Assembly: GCA_963796455.1 (NCBI GenBank)
Contig: CAWCLO010000010.1
Coordinates: 704,001 to 768,000 of the forward strand
Direction of reading: 5' to 3'
DNA: 64,000 nucleotides
DNA from: Candidatus Sulfomarinibacteraceae bacterium
Lineage (GTDB): Bacteria > Acidobacteriota > Thermoanaerobaculia > Thermoanaerobaculales > Sulfomarinibacteraceae
In this document: positions 27,552 to 37,199 of the stretch, piece by piece
Position numbering within the stretch: position 1 is the first letter of the stretch
Layout of the letters: each line of letters starts with the position of its first letter
Translations under genes and position numbers: made by a program
Notes under the pieces: model-generated
What the model was told of the DNA's origin: nothing
Database searches by the model: none
The model's input: the letters and a program-made list of their open reading frames with translations, nothing else

Positions 27552-28880
27552 ATGATGTCAAAGAATCGGGCGGGCGGATTTCAAGGTTATTTCGAGTGGT
27601 TCGTCCGCTCCGAGGTCACGGGCAGTGTGCTGCTGCTGGCGTGCACTGTGGTGGCCCTCGTATGGGCCAACTCGCCCTGGGCCGACACCTACTTCGACCT
27701 CCTCCACACATATGTCGGCGTTTCATGGGGCGATGCGGTCTTCAAGTTGTCGCTCCACCACTGGATCAACGACGGCCTGATGGTCATCTTCTTCTTTGTC
27801 GTCGGTCTCGAGATCAAGCGCGAGTTGGTGGTCGGCGAACTGTCGTCGATCGAAAAGGCGAGCCTGCCTGTGGCGGCGGCCATCGGCGGCATGGTGGTGC
27901 CGGCGGCACTGTTCTTCTTCATCAACGCCGGGAGCGAGGGTGCACGGGGTTGGGGCATCCCGATGGCCACCGACATCGCGTTTGCGCTCGGCGTGCTGGC
28001 CATTTTCGGCTCCAGGGCACCGCTCGGGCTCAAGGTTTTTCTTACCGCCCTCGCCATCGCCGATGATCTCGGTGCGGTGGCGGTGATCGCGATTTTCTAT
28101 ACCGAAAAGATCAACATCGCCGCCCTCGGCGTCGGGTTCGTTCTGCTGGTACTGCTCTTTGCTGCAGTCCAACTCAACATTCGTCGCAGGGGATTCATCT
28201 ATCTGTTGATGATCGGCGTGTGGCTCGCGGTCTTTGCCTCTGGGATTCACGCCACGGTTGCTGGAATCCTGATGGCGATGATCATCCCGGTCCGACCGCG
28301 GATCGACCCGCACAGCTTTATCGACTCGACCGAAGCGCGGTTGGATCGCTTCAAACAGAAGGAACTCTCGCGAGAAAGCCTGATCAGCGATTACGAACAA
28401 TTGGAAATCGTCGAGGGCATCCACAGACGAGCCGAAGACACATTGCCTACCGGTCTGGTCCTGGAGCACTACCTGCATCCGATTCAGGTGTGGCTGATTC
28501 TGCCGCTCTTTGCCCTCGCCAACGCCGGTGTGGCCATCGGCGGTGATCTGATGGCGGTGCTGTCGAACCCGCTCGCTCTCGGCGTCATCGTCGGTCTGGT
28601 GGTCGGCAAACCGGTCGGTATCGGCCTGCTGAGTTGGCTGGCGGTGAAAAGCGGTCGCGGCGCGTTGCCGGAGGGGGTGACCTGGCTTCAGGTCGTAGGT
28701 GCCGGTTGTCTTGCCGGCATCGGATTCACCATGTCGCTCTTCATAGCCGACCTCGCTTTTGACAACGAAACGCTCATCGCCACCGCCAAGATCGGGATCA
28801 TCGCGGCGTCGCTCGTTTCGGGGGTCTTGGGATTCGTGATTTTGTCAAAATCTCTGCCGAAGGCTCCCGACTCAAAATGA
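27552..28880 (+). CDS. nhaA: Na+/H+ antiporter NhaA
   Basis: WINDGLM, GLEIKRE, GWGIPMATDIAF, LAIADDLGA and AGIGFTMSLFI. Confidence 0.96.
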   Translation: MMSKNRAGGFQGYFEWFVRSEVTGSVLLLACTVVALVWANSPWADTYFDLLHTYVGVSWGDAVFKLSLHHWINDGLMVIFFFVVGLEIKRELVVGELSSIEKASLPVAAAIGGMVVPAALFFFINAGSEGARGWGIPMATDIAFALGVLAIFGSRAPLGLKVFLTALAIADDLGAVAVIAIFYTEKINIAALGVGFVLLVLLFAAVQLNIRRRGFIYLLMIGVWLAVFASGIHATVAGILMAMIIPVRPRIDPHSFIDSTEARLDRFKQKELSRESLISDYEQLEIVEGIHRRAEDTLPTGLVLEHYLHPIQVWLILPLFALANAGVAIGGDLMAVLSNPLALGVIVGLVVGKPVGIGLLSWLAVKSGRGALPEGVTWLQVVGAGCLAGIGFTMSLFIADLAFDNETLIATAKIGIIAASLVSGVLGFVILSKSLPKAPDSK

Positions 28881-28893
28881 CCGACCCGGTTCA

Positions 28894-29436
28894 ATCGCTA
28901 TCGCTATCGGAATCGCTATCGCTATCGAACTTGTACTTGAATCAGGTGCAGAGTAGGTCAGCACGGTTTGGTTCTCGAGGAGGAGCTCGTGGTATTCGCG
29001 CATGAAAGCCTGGATGTGTACCGGTTAGCCTTGGAGTACGTGGGTTTCGTGTTTGAGCTCTCTGATCGGCTCGAGGGGTCGGTACGCCATGCGCGAGATC
29101 AACTCCTGCGTGCGTCGCAGTCGATTCCACTCAACATCGCGGAGGGCAATGGAAAGGCGTCCGATGGCGACCGACGGAGATTTTTTGAGATTGCTCGTGG
29201 TTCAACTCTCGAGTGCGCTGCGATACAGGATGTGTTGCAGGTTCAGGGCATCCTGAGTGCGAATGAAAATCAGGTCGCCAAGGAGACGCTTGATCGTATC
29301 GCGGCGATGTTGACGAGGCTTGGCGGAAGAGGTTACTCGGTTGGGGAAGAGATCGACGGGTACGGTGACGCAAAGGACTGACCAAACGCCCTGCCATTCG
29401 ATCCGATAGCGATAGCGATAGCGATTCCGATAGCGA
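28894..29436. mobile_element. Candidate element: four-helix-bundle gene enclosed by inverted ATCGCT hexamer arrays
   Basis: 28901-28927 is the exact reverse complement of 29410-29436 (27 bp), including the variant ATCGGA unit. Mobility is inferred, not shown. Confidence 0.6.
28989..29381 (+). CDS. Four helix bundle protein (23S rRNA-IVS protein / bAvd-like family)
   Basis: FAHESLDVY..A, DQLLRASQSIPLNIAEG and FFEIARGSTLEC. RBS GAGGAGGAG precedes GTG 28989. Confidence 0.92.
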   Translation: MVFAHESLDVYRLALEYVGFVFELSDRLEGSVRHARDQLLRASQSIPLNIAEGNGKASDGDRRRFFEIARGSTLECAAIQDVLQVQGILSANENQVAKETLDRIAAMLTRLGGRGYSVGEEIDGYGDAKD

Positions 29437-29505
29437 AGCGCCCGCACATTGCTGCGCGGGCTATGAATGCGCGAAGAGGAGTGATGCCGTGACTGGAATC
29501 GGTTG

Positions 29506-30159
29506 TTACCAGCGGAAACCTACGTTGATCGGCATGAATGTCGAGGTGGACTCGGTTCCCACCCAGTGGTACTTGGCCTCGAGGTAGATCACCGAGTCGC
29601 TCTCGAGCCTGAAGGTGATCGCCGCGCCGATGGTGTAGCCGAAGTCGATCGACGACACGGAATCGTCGACCACGGCGCCAGGGGTGCACCCCCACCAACA
29701 CCACCAGGGATAATGGGGGTCGTAATTCGGTCCGCAGGTATAACCCGGCTCGGTCAGCTGGCCCTGGCTGTAGTAGGCGCCGAACCCTGCCTGGACGTTG
29801 AAGCCGACACGACCACCGGTCTTGAGTGCCCAGATTCCGCCCGCGGTCAGCGACCAGATCGACGCATCGCCCCCCGAAGACTCGTAAAAGTCGAGGGCGT
29901 CCCGGGTGATGCCGAAATCGTTGTATCCCAGTTCCATGACGATGCCGAGGGGCCAGTCATTTGGTTTGTAGGTCGCGCCGCCGCTGATGTTCCAGCCGCC
30001 CGAGAGAATATTGCCGGTGTCGCCCTGGGGCGACGAATAACCTGCTGCGATGTGGCCGAACCATTGTTGCCAGCTCTTGTCGAACTGGGCGTCAGCGGTT
30101 GCCGGGACCAGCACCAGCCCGAAAATCACGGCCAGAATCGGCAGACGTTTCAGATTCAT
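29506..30159 (-). CDS. Outer-membrane beta-barrel protein (OmpA-like 8-stranded) with a Cys/Trp-rich loop
   Basis: Signal peptide, alternating beta strands, C-terminal VGFRW. Confidence 0.8.
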   Translation of the reverse strand: MNLKRLPILAVIFGLVLVPATADAQFDKSWQQWFGHIAAGYSSPQGDTGNILSGGWNISGGATYKPNDWPLGIVMELGYNDFGITRDALDFYESSGGDASIWSLTAGGIWALKTGGRVGFNVQAGFGAYYSQGQLTEPGYTCGPNYDPHYPWWCWWGCTPGAVVDDSVSSIDFGYTIGAAITFRLESDSVIYLEAKYHWVGTESTSTFMPINVGFRW

Positions 30160-30366
30160 CGATGCGTCCCTCCCTGTGCCAGTTCAATTCGAATTCTCGC
30201 TGATTTGGTGTCGCGAATGCAACTTCCGGCCGGGTCTGGCGGGGTGTCGCCGGGCCATGGAATCACAGGGCGCTGGCTTTTGGCTGTAATTGTGCGATAA
30301 TGTCTCGACTTTTCCACGCTCGGCAGGGACAAAATTCTGCACGAGCCTGGGGGGAGAGATAGAGAT

Positions 30367-30708
30367 ATGGAAATCACCAAGCGCACTGTAGGCGACGTCA
30401 CAATTTTGGATCTCAACGGAAAGCTCACCATCGGCAAGGGGGACGTGGTCCTCCGCGATGCACTGGTAGCGGAACTCGAGGGGGGCAGCAAGGCCATTCT
30501 GATCAACCTCGATACGGTGAACACCATCGACTCATCAGGTCTTGGTGAGTTGATCCGCTGCAGGGTGACCTCGAAGTCTCACGAGGCGGAGGTCAAACTG
30601 CTCAACGTCAACATCAAAGCCCGTAAACTTCTGACCATGGCCCAGCTGGTCGGGGTCTTCGAGATGTTTGATGACGAAGAGCTGGCGGTGGCCTCTTTTT
30701 CTGCATAG
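30367..30708 (+). CDS. STAS-domain anti-sigma factor antagonist
   Basis: ILDLNGKLTIG...IDSSGLGEL with the phosphoacceptor Ser. Confidence 0.92.
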   Translation: MEITKRTVGDVTILDLNGKLTIGKGDVVLRDALVAELEGGSKAILINLDTVNTIDSSGLGELIRCRVTSKSHEAEVKLLNVNIKARKLLTMAQLVGVFEMFDDEELAVASFSA

Positions 30709-30726
30709 TTTCTCGATTTCGTGATC

Positions 30727-30751
30727 AAAAGCGGGGGTCAGCCCCGCTTTT
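30727..30751. terminator. Bidirectional intrinsic terminator
   Basis: AAAAGCGGGG-gtcag-CCCCGCTTTT, located between convergent genes. Confidence 0.8.
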
Positions 30752-30773
30752 CTTGTGACCCGATGAAAACTCC

Positions 30774-30957
30774 GCCTTTGCGTCTTTGCGTTTCTGTTTC
30801 AAACTGAAAATCGAACACTCCTGAAGCACTCGGTGCTTCAGTGGACGATGCAGGGATATCCGCGTCAATCTGCGTAATCTGCGGGAAAATGCAGGAGAAA
30901 CACACGCTACGAGCGCAGCCCTCGACACCGCCGGCACCATTTGGTTCTTTCGTGGTT
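30774..30957. repeat. Three solitary repeat arms (CTTTGCGT, ATCTGCGTA, TTCGTGGTT types)
   Basis: Arms at ~30774-30793, ~30858-30885 and ~30941-30957. Confidence 0.55.
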
Positions 30958-31037
30958 GCGACGAGGTGGGCTGCCAACCTGGAATGAAAAGGCGCGCCCG
31001 GAAGGACGCGCCTGGATATTCTGGACTGAGACGTAGG

Positions 31038-34000
31038 CTAGCGGAGGTCGAGTTCGGCCGGTGCGCCTTCGTAGACCTCGATCGTTCCCTGGCGGGGACC
31101 GGCGGCGGTGCCGATCGAGATGACATACGAGTCTGCCTGCAAGGGCCCGATCCGAAGACCACCCGCGGTGGGCTGCGGCGGGCTGGCCATGAAGAGAAGG
31201 CTCGAGAGATCGACCCCATCCGTTGTCATGACGCGCACCGTCGGCATGCTTTTGGCGTTTCCATACAGCACGTCGATATAACCGCCGACGCCGAGGTCGA
31301 GGCTCGCCTGGAGTTGATCGCCGTCGTCGACGAGAAGTTCGGGGCCGCACCCGGTGGCGCCGCCGTAGGCAAATCCGCACGGCCGGTAGGCCCCGGCAGT
31401 GATGCCCGAGAAGGTGGCATGCCCGCCGGTGTCGGTGAAGCCGGTGGAGGTCTCCGGGCCCACGAGGTAGACCGGCGCGCCGCCGGCCGAACCGGCGATC
31501 GCGTTAACCGCCAACATGACGTTGCCGCCGTCAGGGGGCAGAAGCTCGAGCACGATCGGACCTTCGTTGCTACCATCGCGCAGATCGAACTCCGAGGGAA
31601 TCGAGGGTGCGAACTCGGTGTGGTCAGCGGTCAGAACGAGCTTGCCCGGTTCGAGACCGCGAACCGTGAACCGTCCTTCGCCGTCGGTGAATGCCGTGGC
31701 TTCCTGAATGCCATCGCCTGCAAGGGCGACGACCGAAGCTCCGGCCACTGCGAGGCCGTCGTCGTCAACCACAACACCTGAGACCGCCGCATCGGCGTAT
31801 TGGATGGTGCACTGGAATGTGTCGACATGAGGCACATCGAGGGGCTTTGTGACCGGTGCAGAACCACCGCCGGCTGGGGTGTAGGACACATAGTATCGAC
31901 CGGGAGTGAGCCCGGATCCCGCAAAGCGGCCGTCCGAGTTGACTGCAAAGGTCATCGGCTGCTGGTCGATGCCGAAGAACTGGCGATCGGCGGTGACCCG
32001 CTGCATCATGACCACCACACCCGGGGCCTGTGAGTTTTCGGTCGTCAGGATGACGGAGCCGCCGGGCGCTCTCGAATCGCCGAGCCAGACCTCGCCCTCG
32101 ATGCGCATTCCGCCGAGCATCATCTCGACGTCGACGGTCTCTCTCTCGCGACCCTCGACTCTTTCGCGTGCTTTCTCGTTGCCTCGGGTGGCCGTCAGAG
32201 ACCACTTACCGACCGGCAGACGTTCGGCACGGAACCAGCCCTCGTTGTTGGTGCGAACGGTGGTCTCGGCGAAATAGGCATAGGATGCGTCTTCGGTGAT
32301 TTCCACCGCGACACCGGTGATCCCACGACCGCCGCGATCGACGACCTGACCGACGATGGTCATCCCGGCGTCCATCTCCACATCGCCGATGTCTTTGCCG
32401 ATGTCATCGGGCTCGACACCGTCGAGTCGCCAGGTGGCGAAGTTCGAGGCGCGAACGATGGCCCGGCAGGAGCCTTTGTCGAGCCCCTCGAGGAGGAAGA
32501 GCCCGTCGGCGTCGGTCAGGACATCGGGTACGTTTTCCACCAGGTGCGGGGCGCGAAAAACGGTTGGTGATCCGGGCTCACAACTGACCTGTGCTCCGGG
32601 GATCGGCTGCAGGGTCTCGGCGTCGAGCACGCGACCCGCAATAGCCAGCCCGCGGTCCGGAACGATCGGCGCCAGCACGATCTCCTCGCCGGTTGAAATC
32701 TCGACCCGCTCGCTGGTCATGGTGGCGGTCCCTGGAAGCCTCACCGACAATGCGTAGGTGCCGGATTCGAGGCCGCCGGCGCGGGCGACGCCACGCTCGG
32801 CATCCCATTCGCCCTTGCCCGATTTTCCTTCACGACCATTGGGGTGATATGCCTGCCAACGCACCATGACCTCGTCGGAGCCAAAGCGTCGCGCGCTCAG
32901 CACCTGCTGTTCGATCACCGCGCCGCCGGGAACGGTGATAACGACCACGTTGCGGTCGGCAGTGAAGCTGCCCTCCCACATCCCGAAGCCACCGCCGAAG
33001 ATCTGGAGCGCAACGCTCTCGCGGTTGACCAGGCCCTCGAGTTTGAGTTGACCCTGGGCGTCGGTCTCGTAAATGCGGTCGTTGGAAATGACGATGGCCT
33101 TCTGGATCCGTTCGCCGACTTCGTTCTGAACCATCATCATCACGTCTCTTCCGCGCGGCAGGTTCAGCTCGATGGGCGGTGCGGGCTCTTCCGGTTGCAG
33201 ATCGACCTTGAACTCGGAACACGCAAATCCATCGGCGCAGGCGCGGACACGAATCTCTCCCGGGAGCAGACCGCTGAGACTGAAAGTGCCCTCCGCCGAG
33301 GTGGTGTCGGTCTGGGTATAACGAAAGCTGTCGAGTTCGACGATCTTGCCAAGGGCCTCGACCCTTGCTCCGGCCAGGGCTTGACCATCGGCATCCTTGA
33401 CCACGCCCGCAACGGCGAGTCCGTCGGCCAAGGAGAGAGACAGTTCCTTCGGCAGACCCTGGAAGGTACCGACGATCGGCTCCTTTCCATCTGCAGCAAT
33501 CAGACCGACATAGGTGGCCTCACGATCCAGATCGTGGACCGCGATCACCCCGTCATCTTCGATTTCATACTTCTCGGCCACGTTCATGAACAAGGTCGTC
33601 ACGTTGACCCGGTCTTCACGGGCGAGCCAGACCCTTCCGGGGGCGGCGGGTTCGAGGGTGACGGTGAGTGTTCCCTGGGGATCGAGCAATACCGTATGGC
33701 GCCGGCCGTCGGCCACGACCCGCAGATCGGCATTGGCATATCCGGGTGCAAAGACCATGAGTCTTTCCCCACCGAGGCACGCGAGATCGAGACGTCCGTT
33801 CGCCGAGACCCATTCCTCTTCGAGCAACTCTTCGGGTGCGCCAGGAACCGCCCAGCGCAGACGACCGGCGGTGATCGCCTCGCCCGAAATCGAATCCAGC
33901 ACCAGAAGCTGGGTGAGCTCGAGTTGCGGCAAGCTGAGGCTTTCACCATCAAAGGCCAGTGCTGTTACCGGAGCTCCCGCTCCGACCCGTGCCCACTGCG

Positions 34001-34133
34001 TGCCATTGTCGGCGCGTGAAGTGACGGCGTTGGCGACAATCGATCCGTCCGGCGCGGTCACAGTCGGCGCCGCGGCTGCGATCGATACAGCCATCGCGAG
34101 TGCTGCGAAGATGACAGGCGTTATGCGTCTCAT
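31038..34133 (-). CDS. Large secreted protein of tandem carboxypeptidase-regulatory-like (transthyretin-fold) domains
   Basis: Signal peptide; repeated GxVxDxxGxPxxGAxV...TDxxGxF..GL.PG motifs. Confidence 0.85.
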   Translation of the reverse strand: MRRITPVIFAALAMAVSIAAAAPTVTAPDGSIVANAVTSRADNGTQWARVGAGAPVTALAFDGESLSLPQLELTQLLVLDSISGEAITAGRLRWAVPGAPEELLEEEWVSANGRLDLACLGGERLMVFAPGYANADLRVVADGRRHTVLLDPQGTLTVTLEPAAPGRVWLAREDRVNVTTLFMNVAEKYEIEDDGVIAVHDLDREATYVGLIAADGKEPIVGTFQGLPKELSLSLADGLAVAGVVKDADGQALAGARVEALGKIVELDSFRYTQTDTTSAEGTFSLSGLLPGEIRVRACADGFACSEFKVDLQPEEPAPPIELNLPRGRDVMMMVQNEVGERIQKAIVISNDRIYETDAQGQLKLEGLVNRESVALQIFGGGFGMWEGSFTADRNVVVITVPGGAVIEQQVLSARRFGSDEVMVRWQAYHPNGREGKSGKGEWDAERGVARAGGLESGTYALSVRLPGTATMTSERVEISTGEEIVLAPIVPDRGLAIAGRVLDAETLQPIPGAQVSCEPGSPTVFRAPHLVENVPDVLTDADGLFLLEGLDKGSCRAIVRASNFATWRLDGVEPDDIGKDIGDVEMDAGMTIVGQVVDRGGRGITGVAVEITEDASYAYFAETTVRTNNEGWFRAERLPVGKWSLTATRGNEKARERVEGRERETVDVEMMLGGMRIEGEVWLGDSRAPGGSVILTTENSQAPGVVVMMQRVTADRQFFGIDQQPMTFAVNSDGRFAGSGLTPGRYYVSYTPAGGGSAPVTKPLDVPHVDTFQCTIQYADAAVSGVVVDDDGLAVAGASVVALAGDGIQEATAFTDGEGRFTVRGLEPGKLVLTADHTEFAPSIPSEFDLRDGSNEGPIVLELLPPDGGNVMLAVNAIAGSAGGAPVYLVGPETSTGFTDTGGHATFSGITAGAYRPCGFAYGGATGCGPELLVDDGDQLQASLDLGVGGYIDVLYGNAKSMPTVRVMTTDGVDLSSLLFMASPPQPTAGGLRIGPLQADSYVISIGTAAGPRQGTIEVYEGAPAELDLR

Positions 34134-35213
34134 GACGACTCCTCGATCTGCTCCACCTTTGGCACTTCCACCTGCCAGACGGTCGTCTTGGCCGATGGTT
34201 CCCAGGTTTCCTGGCCAATGAGAACCAGACGACCGTTGTCGGCGTCGGCGGCGACCAGACGGCCGGCCTGGACCCCGGGAATCGGCAATCCGATCGCCAC
34301 CGGTTCTCCGCTCAACCGGTACAGGTCGAGCTCATGGCGCTGTTGCAGGGTGCCGTCGGGTATCCCGACGACGAATGCCAGAAGGTCCTCGCCAAGCACA
34401 ACCGGTCGTTTGACCAGCGGTTGCGATAACTGCCACCGTGAATAACCTTCACGTCCGGAAGCATCGTGCACCTCGGGCGCTGCGGCCCAGTTCGGTGCGC
34501 GGAAGCGAGGATTGATGCCACGCCACGCCTTGGTCAGGCGGTCGCGACTGTCAAAAACATAGACTGAATAGCTGCGCGGATCGACGAAAGACCCACCCAC
34601 CGTCGGGGAGGGCGGCCAATCCGCCGCTGATGATGCCCGAAAACTGGATACGTTTCACGACCTCCGGGATCGGCATGCTCCCGGGGTACTCCTGAAGCGG
34701 TACGACCGATCCGTCGTCATATTGAACGTAGAGATAGGAGGTCCCGCTCGATGACGCCTCGGACCGGGCGACTCCGAAAACCACGATGCGGTCATCGAAG
34801 ACCAGCGGCTGGCCGCTCGCCGTACTGGTGAAGCCCGGGTATTCGTTGAGAAAGCGCCAGCTGCTGTCGAAAAAGACCCAGAAGTAGCGATCGCCGAAGA
34901 CGACACACCGTTCCGATCCGCAACCGAGATGCTGCGGACCGGTGACCTCGCCACGCTGATTTCCGATCGGCAGGATCGAACGGCGATCTTTGCCGGTCCG
35001 GAGATCCACCTCACGCAGACCGCTGGTCCAGTCGGGCAGCAGGAGCGTGTCGCCGCGCACCACTGCGTCGACGATCATAATGGCGGGTTTTTCGAGGTTC
35101 AGAGCTTGTGCAGACAGGATGCTCATGGGGCTGTCGGCGGGCGCCGCCAACACCCCGGCGCAGATCAACACAGCACCAGCAACGTACACAAGCACTCTAT
35201 GAGTGCGTCTCAT
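34130..35213 (-). CDS. Secreted probable beta-propeller protein (frameshift near 34590)
   Basis: ORFs 34551..35213 and 34130..34600 join into one ~360-aa protein. It has a signal peptide and an IGNQRGEVTGP motif resembling the G.GPGE..P blade of 6-bladed/NHL propellers. Confidence 0.6.
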
Positions 35214-35259
35214 CGATCCAACCTGGCGAGACCGTCAGAACAGGTCTGACGGACCGCGA

Positions 35260-35460
35260 TCAGGGGCCGTCTGGGTAGACGAAGACGACGTAGCAGTCGT
35301 ACGGCAGCGGGGCGCAGCCGTTGGGGTGGTTCGGCGTGTAGACCATCCATCCGATCATATGGACTTCCGCCTCGGCCACACTGGGAGCGATCAGGGCCGG
35401 CAACAAAGCGCCGAACACCATCACCGCAAGTACTAGGACACCAATTTTCCTTTTTGACAT
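35260..35460 (-). CDS. Small secreted peptide (66 aa; signal peptide + 35-aa mature region with 2 Cys)
   Basis: GGAGG RBS; MSKRKIGVLVLAV...AEA|EVHMIGWMVYTPNHPNGCAPLPYDCYVVFVYPDGP. Confidence 0.8.
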   Translation of the reverse strand: MSKRKIGVLVLAVMVFGALLPALIAPSVAEAEVHMIGWMVYTPNHPNGCAPLPYDCYVVFVYPDGP

Positions 35461-35491
35461 GACTTTGCCCTCCATCATGTTAGTTAGGGTT

Positions 35492-35520
35492 AACGTATTG
35501 GCCATCGACACCATTGTCAA
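35492..35520 (-). promoter_or_regulatory. Sigma70 promoter TTGACA-N17-TACGTT
   Basis: Consensus -35 at 35520-35515, 17-nt spacer, -10 at 35497-35492, directly upstream of the peptide gene. Confidence 0.75.
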
Positions 35521-35778
35521 GTGCTTGTCTCGATTTCACCTCCCCAAATGATCCGATCACACTCCGCCGCCATGTCGCGTGCGGCGTCGAATGACTGATT
35601 GATTTTGGCTGGGTCACAACTAGGGATCCGCCTTTGGAGGCGATTTTCTCATACCGGATCCCGCGATTATGTGACCTAGCGCACACGGCCCCATGGATTG
35701 TTGTCAGCTTACCCTGAGGCTTCTGCGCCTCGGTCTCAAAATGATGATCGTGTTATCTTCGCGTCCGAGGAGGCCGTC

Positions 35779-36276
35779 ATGTCCCGTCGCATCCCGTTCG
35801 TGATGATTCTTGTTGTCTTGCTGGCCGCATCAACTGCTGCCTCCGTCGATTTGAATCTGGCTCTCGGGGCCAATTTCAATGGTGATTTCGATCTCGGCGA
35901 TATCAGTTTCGGTTCCGACACCGGCTACACCCTCGGTCTGGAGGTAGCAGTCGATATCCCGGTCATCGAACTGGGTGCGGGCCTCGAGTACGGTTTCTCG
36001 CGGGAAGCAAGCGAAGTGGACCTCAAAGCCAGCTACTATCTGCTCTACGCGATCGGCAGGTTCTATTTCGGTCCGGTCTATATCGCCGCCCGTTTTGGTT
36101 ATAACGATATTTCGGTGTCCAGCGCCCTCGAAGGAGATTTTGGCGGCGGAGGCAGCTGGGCGGTCGGAGGCGGGATCGAACTCTTTCAGAAACTCAAGTT
36201 CGAACTCCTCTTCAACCGGCTCGGTGGGGACCTCAGCTACGAAAGCTGGAATCTGCGCGCCCTCTATACCTTTTGA
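35779..36276 (+). CDS. Small outer-membrane beta-barrel protein
   Basis: RBS GAGGAGG, signal peptide, alternating strands, C-terminal YTF. Confidence 0.8.
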   Translation: MSRRIPFVMILVVLLAASTAASVDLNLALGANFNGDFDLGDISFGSDTGYTLGLEVAVDIPVIELGAGLEYGFSREASEVDLKASYYLLYAIGRFYFGPVYIAARFGYNDISVSSALEGDFGGGGSWAVGGGIELFQKLKFELLFNRLGGDLSYESWNLRALYTF

Positions 36277-36283
36277 GTTGCGG

Positions 36284-37132
36284 TTAGAACGGAAATCCGA
36301 AGCTGAGTCGAACGCCGCGAACGTTTTTACCCCAGCGATAACCGAGGCCGATTCTCGGTAGCTTCATAACCCACAGTTTGATCTTCGGATCGGTGCCAAA
36401 GGTCAGACCGATTTCGTGATTCGCCTCGAGGGTGAGCGGTTCGGCATCGGGCCGGTCGATGCGGGCGTCAAAATAATACCGGTAGATGTAGTAAAGGCTG
36501 AGGTTCGCCTCATTACCGGCAATTGTGAACCCGAGGGGGTGGTTGGCGTCACCACCAATTTCGAACTCGCCAAAGCGATCCTCGAGACCGAGGTCTGATT
36601 TGATGACCGACAGGAAGCCGAGCCTGGTGCCGACACTCAGATCGAATTTGTGAACCGGGTATTCGGCCAGGGTTCTGATGCCGACACCCCAGAGCCCGAA
36701 CCCGAGTTGGTCGTCAAAATCCCGGATATAACCGCCCTCGGCATAAGGTTTGAGGAGCCACTCGTCGCCCACCGGGAGTAGGAATTCACCACCCAAGGTT
36801 CCGCCAAAAGAAGCAAACCTGAGCTGGTCGACGATGATGTCGTTATCGACGAAGAGATCGTAGACGCCTGCGTAGAGGGTCACCTTGAGCCGCAGCCCCC
36901 AGGAGCGGTCGTCCAACTTGAGGATCGGGACATAGAACTGAATCCGCACGTCATTGACATCGGCGTTCGCGTTACTGATGCCCCCGTTGCCGGGACCGAA
37001 GGCCAATGGGTGAAACGTGAGCGGCGATGATGAATCTCCACTCTGTGCGGCGCAGAGACCGCTCCATGCCGAAATCACTACGGCGAAAATGATGGCGGTG
37101 CGGAGCAGAGAAGCGTTTGCAGAAGAGGCCAC
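36284..37132 (-). CDS. Hypothetical outer-membrane beta-barrel protein
   Basis: Signal peptide from GTG 37132, amphipathic strands, C-terminal FGFPF. Confidence 0.7.
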   Translation of the reverse strand: MASSANASLLRTAIIFAVVISAWSGLCAAQSGDSSSPLTFHPLAFGPGNGGISNANADVNDVRIQFYVPILKLDDRSWGLRLKVTLYAGVYDLFVDNDIIVDQLRFASFGGTLGGEFLLPVGDEWLLKPYAEGGYIRDFDDQLGFGLWGVGIRTLAEYPVHKFDLSVGTRLGFLSVIKSDLGLEDRFGEFEIGGDANHPLGFTIAGNEANLSLYYIYRYYFDARIDRPDAEPLTLEANHEIGLTFGTDPKIKLWVMKLPRIGLGYRWGKNVRGVRLSFGFPF

Positions 37133-37199
37133 CTGGGGAGTATATAGCGGCGGCGTTACGCCTCCCCAGGGTCGACCACGGTCGCGGGCTGGCGGGTTC

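Noticed and set aside
28989..29381. Diversity-generating retroelement or rRNA intervening sequence
   Set aside because: No reverse transcriptase, TR/VR pair or 23S rRNA sequence is present in the window.
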